A stretch of DNA of 64,000 nucleotides from an uncultured Acidobacteriota bacterium (GTDB lineage Bacteria > Actinomycetota > Acidimicrobiia > Spongiisociales > ZC4RG35): contig CAVVCY010000003.1 in assembly GCA_963746905.1 (NCBI GenBank), forward strand, positions 1,031,296 to 1,095,295. The letters run 5' to 3'. The notes under the pieces are model-generated. The model was not told the DNA's origin. It searched no databases and saw nothing but the letters and a program-made list of their open reading frames with translations. A program made the position numbers and the translations under genes. Shown one piece after another: positions 1 to 8,858 of the stretch (the stretch's first letter is position 1; the number at the start of each line of letters is the position of its first letter).

Positions 1-336
1 CGATCGCGGTCGCCAACGACATCGCCGAGCAGGTTGTTGCCGGTGACTCCATTGAGACCGCCTTCCTCGGAGTGAGTGTCGGGAACGTCGAGTCCGGCCA
101 GGCCGGAGCCCTCATCGCTGAGGTCACGCCCCGGAAGCGCGGCTGACAAGGCCGGGATCAAGGTCAACGACCTCGTGACCTCGATCGACGGGGTCCAGGT
201 TCAGGGTGGCTCTGACCTCGCAGCTCAAGTGCAGACCCATCGTCCGGGGACCACGGTCGACGTGGTTGTGGTCCGCAATGGCGAGGAGCTCACTTTCAGT
301 GTGACCCTCGACCAGAGGCCCGACGACCTGGGCTAA
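1..336 (+). CDS. HtrA/DegP-family serine protease, C-terminal PDZ domain (5' end outside window; frameshift near 131)
   Basis: One frame reads ...IETAFLGVSVGNVESGQAGALIAEVTP and another continues PGSAADKAGIKVNDLVTSIDG...VVVVRNGEELTFSVTL, a typical PDZ domain; an extra C in acgccccgga joins them. Confidence 0.8.
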
Positions 337-363
337 GTCTTTCCTTCACTGCAATCAGGGAAT

Positions 364-400
364 GCGGGCCCGGCTACAGTTGCCGGGCCCGCTTCCTTTT
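364..400 (+). terminator. Intrinsic terminator downstream of the PDZ protease gene
   Basis: Perfect 11-bp stem GCGGGCCCGGC/GCCGGGCCCGC (364-374/382-392) followed by TTCCTTTT. Confidence 0.75.
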
Positions 401-409
401 GGGGCGGGC

Positions 410-580
410 GCTCGGAGGACAGCGAAGCCGGTTTGATCCCGGTGCTGTCCCGCAACTGTGAAGCCCCTGCATGGGGACGAGCCAGGTCGCCTGAACCTCC
501 GGGGCACGCAATAAGTCTCGGATGAAGACGATTCGTGGGCTCAGGGAAGCCACCGGCCTCTTCATCCTCCGAACGGAGGA
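410..580 (+). promoter_or_regulatory. Cobalamin riboswitch with SD-sequestering expression platform
   Basis: Motifs GAAGCCGGTTTGATCCCGGTGCTGTCCCGCAACTGTGA and GAGCCAGGTCGCCTG; GGAGG(414-418)/CCTCC(496-500) closing stem; hairpin TCCTCC-GAAC-GGAGGA (565-580) hides the RBS; lies upstream of a B12-type ABC operon and cobO. Confidence 0.85.
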
Positions 581-588
581 TGTTTCAT

Positions 589-1560
589 ATGCGAAGGACT
601 GCGCTGCTGATAGCGCTCGTATTGGCGGTGACCGCCTGCAGCACCGCCGGAAGTGGCGACACGACCACTAGCCAGGCATCTGCAACGACGGTGGTCGAAA
701 CCACAACCACCCTGAACACCACGACTACCGCGTCGGATGGTTTCCCGGTGTCGGTGACCGACGGGAACGGCGAGGTGACCATCGAGAGCCAGCCGCAGAG
801 CATCGTCTCGCTGTCCTCAACGGCGACCGAGATGCTCTTTGCGATCGATGCCGGGGACCAGGTGGTGGCGGTCGACGAGTTCTCGGTCTATCCCGAGGAA
901 GCTCCCATCACCGACTTGTCCGGATTCACACCCGACCTGGAGGCGATCCTCGACTACGAGCCGGACCTGGTCGTCATCTCCTTCGACCCGGGTGAGTTGG
1001 TGTCGGGCCTTTCGACTGTTGGGGTTCCCGTGCTGTACCTGCCGACCGCGGGGAGTCTCGACGACTCTTACGCCCAAATCGAGACCCTCGGAGCGGCCAC
1101 CGGACACATCGGTGAGGCTGCAGAGGTGGTGGGCCAGATGCAGGTCGACCTCGATGACATTCTGGCGGCGACCACTGTTCCTCCCGGAATCAGCTTCTAC
1201 CACGAGGTGGATAGCACCCTCTACTCGGCGTCGTCAGCCAGCTTTATAGGCCAGGTCTATGCGTTGCTGGGGATGGAGAACATCGCCGACGAGGCCGATC
1301 CCGACGGGCTCGGCTTTCCCCAACTCGCCTCGGAGTATGTGGTCTCGGCGGACCCCGATCTGATCTTCCTCGCCGATTCCAGCATGGGAGTCACCCCGGA
1401 GAGCCTTGCCGATCGTCCCGGATGGGCGGAGATGACGGCGGTGCAGGGTGGTGCGATCACGGTTCTCGACGAGTATCTGGCATCGAACTGGGGGCCCCGG
1501 GTCGTCGAATTGCTGCAATCGATTGCTGACGCGGTGACGGAGATGGTCCCCGCAGGGTGA
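589..1560 (+). CDS. btuF: Cobalamin/Fe-siderophore ABC transporter substrate-binding lipoprotein (BtuF-like)
   Basis: Lipobox AVTAC, Thr-rich linker, IVSLSSTATEMLFAI and EAILDYEPDLVV motifs; riboswitch context. Confidence 0.8.
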   Translation: MRRTALLIALVLAVTACSTAGSGDTTTSQASATTVVETTTTLNTTTTASDGFPVSVTDGNGEVTIESQPQSIVSLSSTATEMLFAIDAGDQVVAVDEFSVYPEEAPITDLSGFTPDLEAILDYEPDLVVISFDPGELVSGLSTVGVPVLYLPTAGSLDDSYAQIETLGAATGHIGEAAEVVGQMQVDLDDILAATTVPPGISFYHEVDSTLYSASSASFIGQVYALLGMENIADEADPDGLGFPQLASEYVVSADPDLIFLADSSMGVTPESLADRPGWAEMTAVQGGAITVLDEYLASNWGPRVVELLQSIADAVTEMVPAG

Positions 1561-2599
1561 GCCAAGACACGACAGGTTCCGCCACCCGCCCGCCCCGAAT
1601 CGGGCGTGCCCGATGGCTGGCGGCGATCGCGGTCCTTGTCGTTGTCGGAATGGCCGGGATCCTGGTGGGATCGGTAGCGCTCGATCCCACCAGTGTCCTC
1701 AAGGCGCTGGCGGACCGGCTCCCCTTTGTGAGCGTCGCCAGTGGCCTGACCGAAGTCCAGGAGCGGGTTCTCTTCGAGATCCGTCTGCCGAGGGTGGTGA
1801 TGGGAGGCATCGTCGGCTCGGTGCTGGCCCTGGCCGGGGCCGGCTATCAAGGGGTGTTCCGCAACCCACTGGCCGATCCCTACCTCCTTGGAGTGGCCGC
1901 AGGGGCCGGGCTCGGGGCAACATTCGTAATCGGTGCCGGCGGAGCATCGGCCCTGATACCACCGTTCGCCTTTGTCGGTGGACTTGTGGCCGTGTTGGCG
2001 ACCTACGCGGTTGGCCGCACTGCCGGCGGGCGAACGATCACCTCGCTGATCCTGGCCGGGGTTGCAGTGGCCGCCTTCGCAACTGCGATCCAGACTTTTC
2101 TGCTTCAGCGCAACTATGAGACCCTGCGGGAGGTGTACTCGTGGATCCTGGGCCGGCTGGTGACTGTCGGGTGGGGCGAGGTGCTGACCCTCCTCCCATA
2201 CGCCTGGTTGCCGGTGTGGTGCTCGTCCTCTATCGGCGTCTTCTCGACGTGCTCGCCCTCGGGGACGAAGAGGCGTCCGGGCTTGGAGTCGACGTGGTGA
2301 AAGTTCGGCGGGTCGTGGTGCTGGCCGCGACGTTGGCCACCGCGGCCGCGGTCTCCGTCAGCGGGCTGATCGGGTTCGTCGGGATCATCGTCCCCCACAC
2401 CGTGCGGTTGTTGACCGGTTGGAGCTATCGACTCATCATTCCTCTGTCGATTCTCTACGGAGCATCGTTCTTGATCCTCGCTGATCTCGTCGCCAGGACT
2501 GCTGCAGCTCCGGCTGAATTGCCGATCGGTGTCGTCACCGCATTTCTGGGGGCTCCGTTCTTCATCGTGGTCCTGCGCAGTGTTCGAGGCGGCCAATGA
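1557..2599 (+). CDS. btuC: FecCD/BtuC-family ABC permease (frameshift near 2210)
   Basis: IRLPRVVMG, RNPLADPYLLGVAAGA, then in the second frame GLIGFVGIIVPH and ELPIGVVTAFLGAPFF. Confidence 0.8.
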
Positions 2600-3351
2600 T
2601 CGCCTGGCACGAGGTCGCGGTCGCCTTTGGCGGGCCACCCGTGGTGGGCCCACTCTCGCTCACCGTCGTCGACGGGCAGTGGCTCGCCCTGGTCGGGCCG
2701 AACGGCGCCGGCAAGTCGACCTTGCTCAAGGCGGCCGTCGGGATCGTCGAGCACAGTGGTTCCGTCCAATTCGGTGGTCGAGCATCGAGGGCGGGCCTGG
2801 ACGTCGCCTGGATGCCACAACGGCCCTATCTGCCTGACGAGATCTCGGTGACCGACTATGTGCTCCTGGGCCGAACCCCCCATCTCGGCCGATTTGGCAG
2901 TGAGCGGCAGGCCGACCTCGACTCCGTGCAACGTTCGCTGCGACGCCTGGATCTGGACGGGTTCGCCGATCGCCCCTTGGCGACACTGTCCGGGGGCGAG
3001 GCGCAGCGGGCGGTCCTGGCCCGCGCGATCGCACAGGAAGCTCCGGTGCTGCTTCTCGACGAGCCGACTTCCAACCTCGACATCGGCCACTGTCTGGACG
3101 TCCTCGAAATCATCGACGACCTGCGGCTCACCGATGGGCTGACTGTTGTCACCGCACTGCATGATCTGACGCTCGCCGGCAGGTTCGCCGAACGGGCCGT
3201 GATGCTTGCGGCGGGCAAGATCGTTGCCGACGGTTCCCCGGATCAGGTGCTCACTGAAGAGCTGATCAGAGCTCACTACGGTGCCGGTATTCGGGTGGTC
3301 GACATTGGAGAAGGCCCGACTGTGATACCCACCAGGAACCGACGTGTCTGA
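2596..3351 (+). CDS. btuD: ABC transporter ATP-binding protein (BtuD/FecE-like)
   Basis: Walker A GPNGAGKST, signature LSGGE, Walker B LLLDEPT. Confidence 0.85.
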   Translation: MIAWHEVAVAFGGPPVVGPLSLTVVDGQWLALVGPNGAGKSTLLKAAVGIVEHSGSVQFGGRASRAGLDVAWMPQRPYLPDEISVTDYVLLGRTPHLGRFGSERQADLDSVQRSLRRLDLDGFADRPLATLSGGEAQRAVLARAIAQEAPVLLLDEPTSNLDIGHCLDVLEIIDDLRLTDGLTVVTALHDLTLAGRFAERAVMLAAGKIVADGSPDQVLTEELIRAHYGAGIRVVDIGEGPTVIPTRNRRV

Positions 3352-3913
3352 TCCGACGAAGCCTCCCAGCGAGCCACCCCCTGCCGCCACAATGCGCGAG
3401 CCTTCCCTGGTCCTGGTCAACACCGGTGAGGGCAAAGGGAAGTCCACTGCGGCTTTCGGCACCGCGATCCGGGCCGTGGCTCGCGGATGGAGAGTCGGAG
3501 TCATCCAATTCCTCAAATCGGGCGACTGGCACGTCGGCGAAGAAACGATCGGAAGGCAACTCGGAATCGACTGGTGGGCACTTGGCGACGGCTTCACTTG
3601 GGATTCGAAGGACATCGACGAGTCAGAGGCAATCGCCCGCGAGGCATGGTCAGTCGCCAAAGAGAAGATCGGCGACGGCGAATACGACCTCGTCGTGCTT
3701 GACGAAGTCACCTATCCGATCAATTGGGGCTGGATCGCGCTGGACGATGTCCTCGAGGTGATCGCGGCCCGGCCGGTGAACGTGAACCTGATCCTCACCG
3801 GACGCGACGCTCCCGGCGAGCTCGTCGAGGTGGCGGACACGGTGACCGACATGGTCAAGGTGAAGCACGCCTTCGACCGCGGGGTCATGGCGCGGCGCGG
3901 GATCGACTTCTAA
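3344..3913 (+). CDS. cobO: Cob(I)alamin adenosyltransferase CobO/BtuR
   Basis: VNTGEGKGKSTAAFG, QFLKSG, DLVVLDE, TGRDAP, KHAFDRG..ARRGIDF. Confidence 0.9.
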   Translation: MSDPTKPPSEPPPAATMREPSLVLVNTGEGKGKSTAAFGTAIRAVARGWRVGVIQFLKSGDWHVGEETIGRQLGIDWWALGDGFTWDSKDIDESEAIAREAWSVAKEKIGDGEYDLVVLDEVTYPINWGWIALDDVLEVIAARPVNVNLILTGRDAPGELVEVADTVTDMVKVKHAFDRGVMARRGIDF

Positions 3914-4307
3914 CTCAGCTCGGTCACACCCGAAGCCGGAAACGCAAGCTCCAGAGCCTGGTCCACGGTCAGAGCCTCGCCCTCCATGGTGGCGCGGGCG
4001 AATCCAGCAGCCAGCGCCTCCCGCACTGCTGCGACTCTCGAGGAATAGTCGGGCTCGTCCGGGGGCGGCCATGACCGGACCCCTCACCTTCGCTCGCGAT
4101 CCATTCGGCAAGCCCGAACAGGCGACCAGCGGTCTCGTTGTCACCGATGGTGTGCGCGCAGACCGCCAGCCCTGCGACCGCGATCGCGGCGCCCCGCTTG
4201 TCGCCGGCGGCGTCGGCCAGTCTCAGGCTTTCCGCGAGTGCGGTTTTCGACCTCTCGGGTCTCGGGAGGTCATGGTTGGCCCCAAAGTAACAAGCCTTCG
4301 GCCTTGC
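3910..4307 (-). pseudogene. Start-less C-terminal fragment of an ATPase/TPR (AfsR/LuxR-associated) regulator
   Basis: Reads ALAESLRLADAAGDKRG...TAGRLFGLAEWI, then after a G-run frameshift near 4078 PPDEPDYSSRVAAVREAL...MEGEALTVDQALELAF*; no canonical start codon. Confidence 0.5.
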
Positions 4308-5393
4308 TCAGCCGGGGACTGCCACCTCGATTTCGTGGAGTGAATCGGGGGCGACGGCCCGGAGAAGGCGGATCGCCTCATGCTGCACGTCATCTGCGGC
4401 CTTGATGGAGAGGCTCGAAAACGGGGTGATGGTGATCCTGGCCTCCTTCTTGGTGTACGCCAGTTTCCAACTGCCGCGGAGGAATCCGTCGTGCAACAGG
4501 TTGCCCGCCCAACCCGGCGGCTTTGCCCCGGGCCCGATCACCCTCGCCCGGTCGGCATGACCGAGGAGGACGTTGTCGTATTCGGGCAGGAACCGGGTCG
4601 GCGCAGGGGTGTCCGGGTCCGGGCGCGGCGCGTCGAGGAGATCGAAGAGCTCTCGACCATTTTCGTCGGTGAATACCCGGAGCCGGGGCCGAAGCTTCTC
4701 GACGACGGCCGAGAGCTTGGTCACCCCTGACCAGACCCTGATGTCGCTGACCGATGCCGGGCCAAAGGCAGCCAGATATCTGACCACCAGCGACGCGACG
4801 TCCGATTTCCGGTTGGGCTCGGATCCGAGCCAATGCTCCACGGTGGTCCAGGTTGCGGTGCCCTTCCCTTTCCAGAGGCCGCGAGGTGGCAGTTGCACGA
4901 GGGGGAGAAGATATGAGACAGCGTAGGCCATCGATGCTGCGTCCCGCCCGGGCCATTTCTCGGCGAGAAGGCGCCCCAGTTCGGCCCTCCCCATCGGCCT
5001 CCATTCGAGTAGGTGGCGGCCCTGCGCCAGGAGCTCCTCGCGGTCCATCCCGCCGATGGCCCGGGCGAAGGCGGTGGAGCCAAAGGTTCGTCGCGAGACC
5101 GGCCGCACGGTGGCGTCGAGCCCGATGCAGTCAGCGGCAGTGACGAGGTGCAGAGTGGCGCGGAGGAAGGCGGTGCGTACTGCCTTGCGCTCTTCGATCA
5201 GCTTGGAGAGGTCGGCAGGGTCGAATCGCTCGAGCCGGGCCCACAACGCGTAGTAGGGGTCGTGTGGGTTCTGGGCCTGCATCCCCACCAGATGTTCGAT
5301 CGTCTCCGCTACACCCGCTTCCACCCTCTCCAACAGGAACTGGCGTTGCAGTGTTGCCCGATTCAATGCTCGGTTGCTGAGGACATCGGCCAC
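4308..5393 (-). CDS. Winged-helix HTH_42 family protein (AlkZ/YcaQ-like DNA glycosylase)
   Basis: ALNRATLQRQ, LVGMQAQ (QxQ catalytic motif), RATLHLV, YLAAFGPASVSD, FLPEYDNVLLGH. Confidence 0.8.
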   Translation of the reverse strand: MADVLSNRALNRATLQRQFLLERVEAGVAETIEHLVGMQAQNPHDPYYALWARLERFDPADLSKLIEERKAVRTAFLRATLHLVTAADCIGLDATVRPVSRRTFGSTAFARAIGGMDREELLAQGRHLLEWRPMGRAELGRLLAEKWPGRDAASMAYAVSYLLPLVQLPPRGLWKGKGTATWTTVEHWLGSEPNRKSDVASLVVRYLAAFGPASVSDIRVWSGVTKLSAVVEKLRPRLRVFTDENGRELFDLLDAPRPDPDTPAPTRFLPEYDNVLLGHADRARVIGPGAKPPGWAGNLLHDGFLRGSWKLAYTKKEARITITPFSSLSIKAADDVQHEAIRLLRAVAPDSLHEIEVAVPG

Positions 5394-5492
5394 TCAGCGA
5401 TGTTCGCAGGCCGGCAGCCTTGCCGGCACCCCCCTCGCCCGACCTCCGGTCGGACGGCCTCCCCGCTCCGCAGGGGGACCACTGTCTTGAGC

Positions 5493-5786
5493 TCAGGGAG
5501 TGGGCACCAGACCGATGTCGCCTTCGAGGACCACCGCCACTTCACCCGGCTCTTCGTATATATCCCACTGCTCGAAGAAGGCGCTCGCTCCCTCACGGCT
5601 TTCCCAGTTGGCTACCGCGTAGAACGCCGATTCGTCGGAGGCATACCAGGCCCGATGGAATCGACACCCATGCCCGGCGGCACTGGCCCGCATCTCGTCG
5701 GTGATCCTGTCCACCCGCTTCTGATATAGGTCACGGGCGGTCTGGCCATCGGGTGTGGGGCAGGGGACGGAGAACAGGATCCACAT
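5493..5786 (-). CDS. Small hypothetical protein, possible dimeric alpha+beta barrel (ABM-like)
   Basis: 97 aa from ATG 5786 with AGGAG RBS; [12 protein letters not shown]...[15 protein letters not shown] pattern. Confidence 0.55.
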   Translation of the reverse strand: MWILFSVPCPTPDGQTARDLYQKRVDRITDEMRASAAGHGCRFHRAWYASDESAFYAVANWESREGASAFFEQWDIYEEPGEVAVVLEGDIGLVPTP

Positions 5787-5844
5787 GTTGTCGCTCCTGG
5801 AGGTTGGTAGGCCGAGGTTATCCTCGCCGCCCCAGGAGGAATCA

Positions 5845-6995
5845 ATGCGTATTGGAATCTTGACCGGTGGGGGAGACGTCCCCGGCCTCAACGCCTGCAT
5901 CAAGGCGGTGGTGAATCGAGTCGTAAGCGAGGGCCATCAGGTAGTGGGTGTCCGTCGTGGCTGGGGCGGTCTTGCCGAGACCAATCCCGACGACCCAAAA
6001 ACCGGTGAGGCGAACCTCGTCCCGCTGGACCGGGTGGCGGTGAGGACCATCGACCGCAGCGGGGGCACCTTCCTACACAGCTCGCGGACCAATCCGGCCA
6101 AGGTACGGACCGCCGAGCTGCCTGACGTTTCTCGCGGGCGATTTCAGTGGCGACGGCCCGCACGACATCACACCGCATGTGCTCCGCGTCCTCGAGACCC
6201 ACAAGATCGATGTGCTGATCCCGATCGGTGGTGACGACACCCTCTCCTACGGTCTCCGTCTCCATGAGGAAGGGGTGCCGGTGATCGCCATCCCGAAGAC
6301 GATGGACAATGACGTCCACGGCACCGACTACTGCATCGGTTTCTCCACGTCGGTGACACGTGGCGTTCAGTTCATCCACAGTCTGCGCACGGCGGCCGGG
6401 TCACACGAGCGAATCGCGGTTGTGGAGTTGTTCGGTCGTTACAGCGGAGAGACATCTCTGGTCACGGCCTACCTGTCCGGCGTGGATCGGGCGATCATCT
6501 CCGAGGTCCCCTTCGAGATCGACAAGCTGGCGGCCTTTCTCCAGGAGGACCAGGCGGCCAACCCCTCCAACTACGCGATGGTGACGATCTCCGAAGGGGC
6601 GCGTCTGGTCGAGGGCGATATTCACCTGACCGGCGAGGAGGACGCCTACGGCCACCGCAAACTCGGCGGCATCGGCGCCACCACCGGCGAGCTGCTCAAG
6701 GAGCGGACCGGCGAGGGGATCCTCTATCAGCAGATCGGCTACCTGATGCGGTCGGGTGCGCCCGACTCCCTGGACCTGATGGTTGCCACCAACTACGCGG
6801 TGATGGCCTCCGACCTGGCAATGGAAGGGGCCCACGGGCGAATGGTCGCCCTCAGGGGCGGCACCTATACCGACGTGCCGATCAGGCGTCACCCGCGAGG
6901 GCGTGAAACGGGTCGACGTGGACGAGTTGTACGACGTCGACGCCTACCAGCCCAAGGTCCGCCACGTCCTGGGCAAGCCGATGTTCCTCTACTGA
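5845..6995 (+). CDS. pfkA: 6-phosphofructokinase (PfkA family, ATP/PPi-dependent); frameshifts near 6127 and 6885
   Basis: [47 protein letters not shown]; true end ...VLGKPMFLY* at 6995. Confidence 0.85.
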
Positions 6996-6999
6996 GGAA

Positions 7000-7508
7000 T
7001 CAGGAGGCCCGCCGCACAGCCTCTTCGATGTGGGTCCGAATCTCGATCGGATCGGCGCCCAAACCTGCGAAAACCCGGTTCACGGGGTCCGCTGGGGGCA
7101 AGGCGAGCAACGCGAGCAGGACGTGCTCGGTCCCAATCTGTCGCCCACCCTGCTTGATCGTTTCCCGCAGCGAACCGACGAGGACGGACTTTGCCCCATG
7201 AGTGAAGGGGCGGTGGCGTCGAGCACGAGTTGGGGCCGTGGCGCCCAGGGCCCGAATGCGGGATCGAGGAGCTCCGGGCCCACGCCGACCGCCGCCAGAG
7301 ACTCAGCGTCGACTCGATCCAGTTGGCGTCGGATCTCGTCGGATCCCACGTCCAGAGGCCCGAGCAGCGAGCGCTGGAACGGGAAGCCCACCCCCACGAC
7401 GGCAATCAGGAGGTGCTCGGTTCCGACCCGGCTGTCACCTCTCGCCTCAGCCTCGGCCACGGCGGTGGTAACGATCGCCCGAGCCTCTTTTCCGAATCTC
7501 TCGAACAT
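7000..7508 (-). CDS. Stand-alone Clp N-terminal (double Clp_N repeat) domain protein; one internal frameshift
   Basis: [28 protein letters not shown], second repeat [13 protein letters not shown], ending AVRRAS* at 7000. Confidence 0.7.
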
Positions 7509-7510
7509 CG

Positions 7511-7714
7511 CTATCTCCCTGACTTCTTGTGAATTGCTTGACGGGAGACACCGAGGGCGTCTCCGATCTGTTGCCACGTCCAGCCTTGACGGCGGGCGGA
7601 GGCGACGTGAATCTCCTCGAGTCGGTCTGCCAGGCGACGGAGGATGACCACTGCCCGCAGTCCCTGGGCCGGGTCGGCTCCTTCGGCGGCGACGAGGGTC
7701 TCGTTGAGATCCAT
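7511..7714 (-). CDS. Small HTH DNA-binding protein
   Basis: 67 aa, ARRQGWTWQQIGDALGVSRQAIHKK helix-turn-helix. Confidence 0.75.
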   Translation of the reverse strand: MDLNETLVAAEGADPAQGLRAVVILRRLADRLEEIHVASARRQGWTWQQIGDALGVSRQAIHKKSGR

Positions 7715-7716
7715 GT

Positions 7717-7762
7717 TGTCATCCTAGGTTGACAAGGTGCGGTCTGTCAACCTCGATTGACA
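7717..7762. promoter_or_regulatory. Two tandem 18-bp palindromic operator boxes
   Basis: TGTCATCCTAGGTTGACA (7717-7734) and TGTCAACCTCGATTGACA (7745-7762), directly upstream of the HTH gene ATG at 7714. Confidence 0.65.
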
Positions 7763-7766
7763 GCCG

Positions 7767-8813
7767 CTAACTCCGACGCGACGCCGCCACCCGAAACAGG
7801 GTGCGGGCGCCGTCCCCGAGGACCGAGAACCGGGGATCCTGGGTCTGGCCACGGACCCAACGGATGTAGATCTGCTGGAGCACCACTCCCAACTTCCAGG
7901 TGCCGAAGACGATGTACCACTCGACCGCGTCCATGGCCCGTCCCGACATCTCGGCATAGCGGGCGACCGCCGATTCCCGACTCATCCAACCTGGCGAGTC
8001 GGTCGGCATGGGGTTGAGCGCAGACCGCTCTTCACCAGGGTCATACCACGCAGCCATCAGGGTCCCAACGTCGGCGAGAGGGTCACCCCGGGTGGCCATG
8101 TCCCAGTCGTAGACAGCAACACAGATCCCGGGATCCTCCGCGGCGACCGCCATGTTGTCGAGTCGCCAGTCGTTGTGGAGCAATGTCACCTCCGTGGAAG
8201 AGGGGAGGTTGCTCATGAGCCACCGGGCCACTTCCTCGGCCACCGGGTTGTCATTGTCTTTCGCCTGGTTCCATCGCTCGGTCCACCCATCCACCTGCCG
8301 GATCAGAAAGTCCTCAGGGTGCCCCAGATCGCCCAGCCCGGCACGCTCGGGGTCTACGGCATGGAACTCCGCAAGGGTGTCGACTGCTACCTCCGAGAGT
8401 TTGCGATTGGACTCGGATCCGTTCCACCTCCGAACAGCGGAGGGACCGCGTCACGAACCACGACCCCGTCCCGGCGTTCCATCACGAAAAAGGGCGACCC
8501 GAGCACCGAGTCGTCGTCGCAGAAGGCGAGAGCGCGCGGTGCCTTGGGGAAGGCTCGCCAGAGCCGGGAGAGGACCCGATACTCCCTGGCCATGTCGTGG
8601 GCACCGGGCGCCACCCGGCCGAGGGGCGGTCTGCGCAGCACCAACTCGGATCCGTCGGGAAAGGTGAGGAGGTAGGTGAGGTTTGCCTTGCCACCGGCGA
8701 ACTGCTCGACGATCGGAGCCCCGGCAGGGAGGTCGGGAATAGTCGTTGAGCCACTCCATGAGACGATGGATATCGAATCCTTCGTCGTCTCGAACCGGGA
8801 TGATGTCGCCCAC
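7767..8813 (-). CDS. Aminoglycoside-phosphotransferase-like (APH/ACAD10-type) kinase; two frameshifts
   Basis: QFAGGKANLTY, VLRRPPLG..APGAHDMAREYRVL, LLHNDWRLDN, VYDWDMATRGDPLADVG; start approximate. Confidence 0.75.
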
Positions 8814-8858
8814 CAGACCGACAGTATCCAACCGGTGTAACCGGCCGTCTAGCCTCGG

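Noticed and set aside
1557-2599. btuC, pfkA, moeA and others as true pseudogenes or programmed frameshifts
   Set aside because: Both halves are well conserved, there are no nonsense codons and no recognisable slippery-site/stimulator pairs; assembly error is more parsimonious
4300-4310. Selenocysteine recoding at the AlkZ-like TGA
   Set aside because: No recognisable bacterial SECIS after the codon, no Cys-equivalent position, and no sel genes in the window
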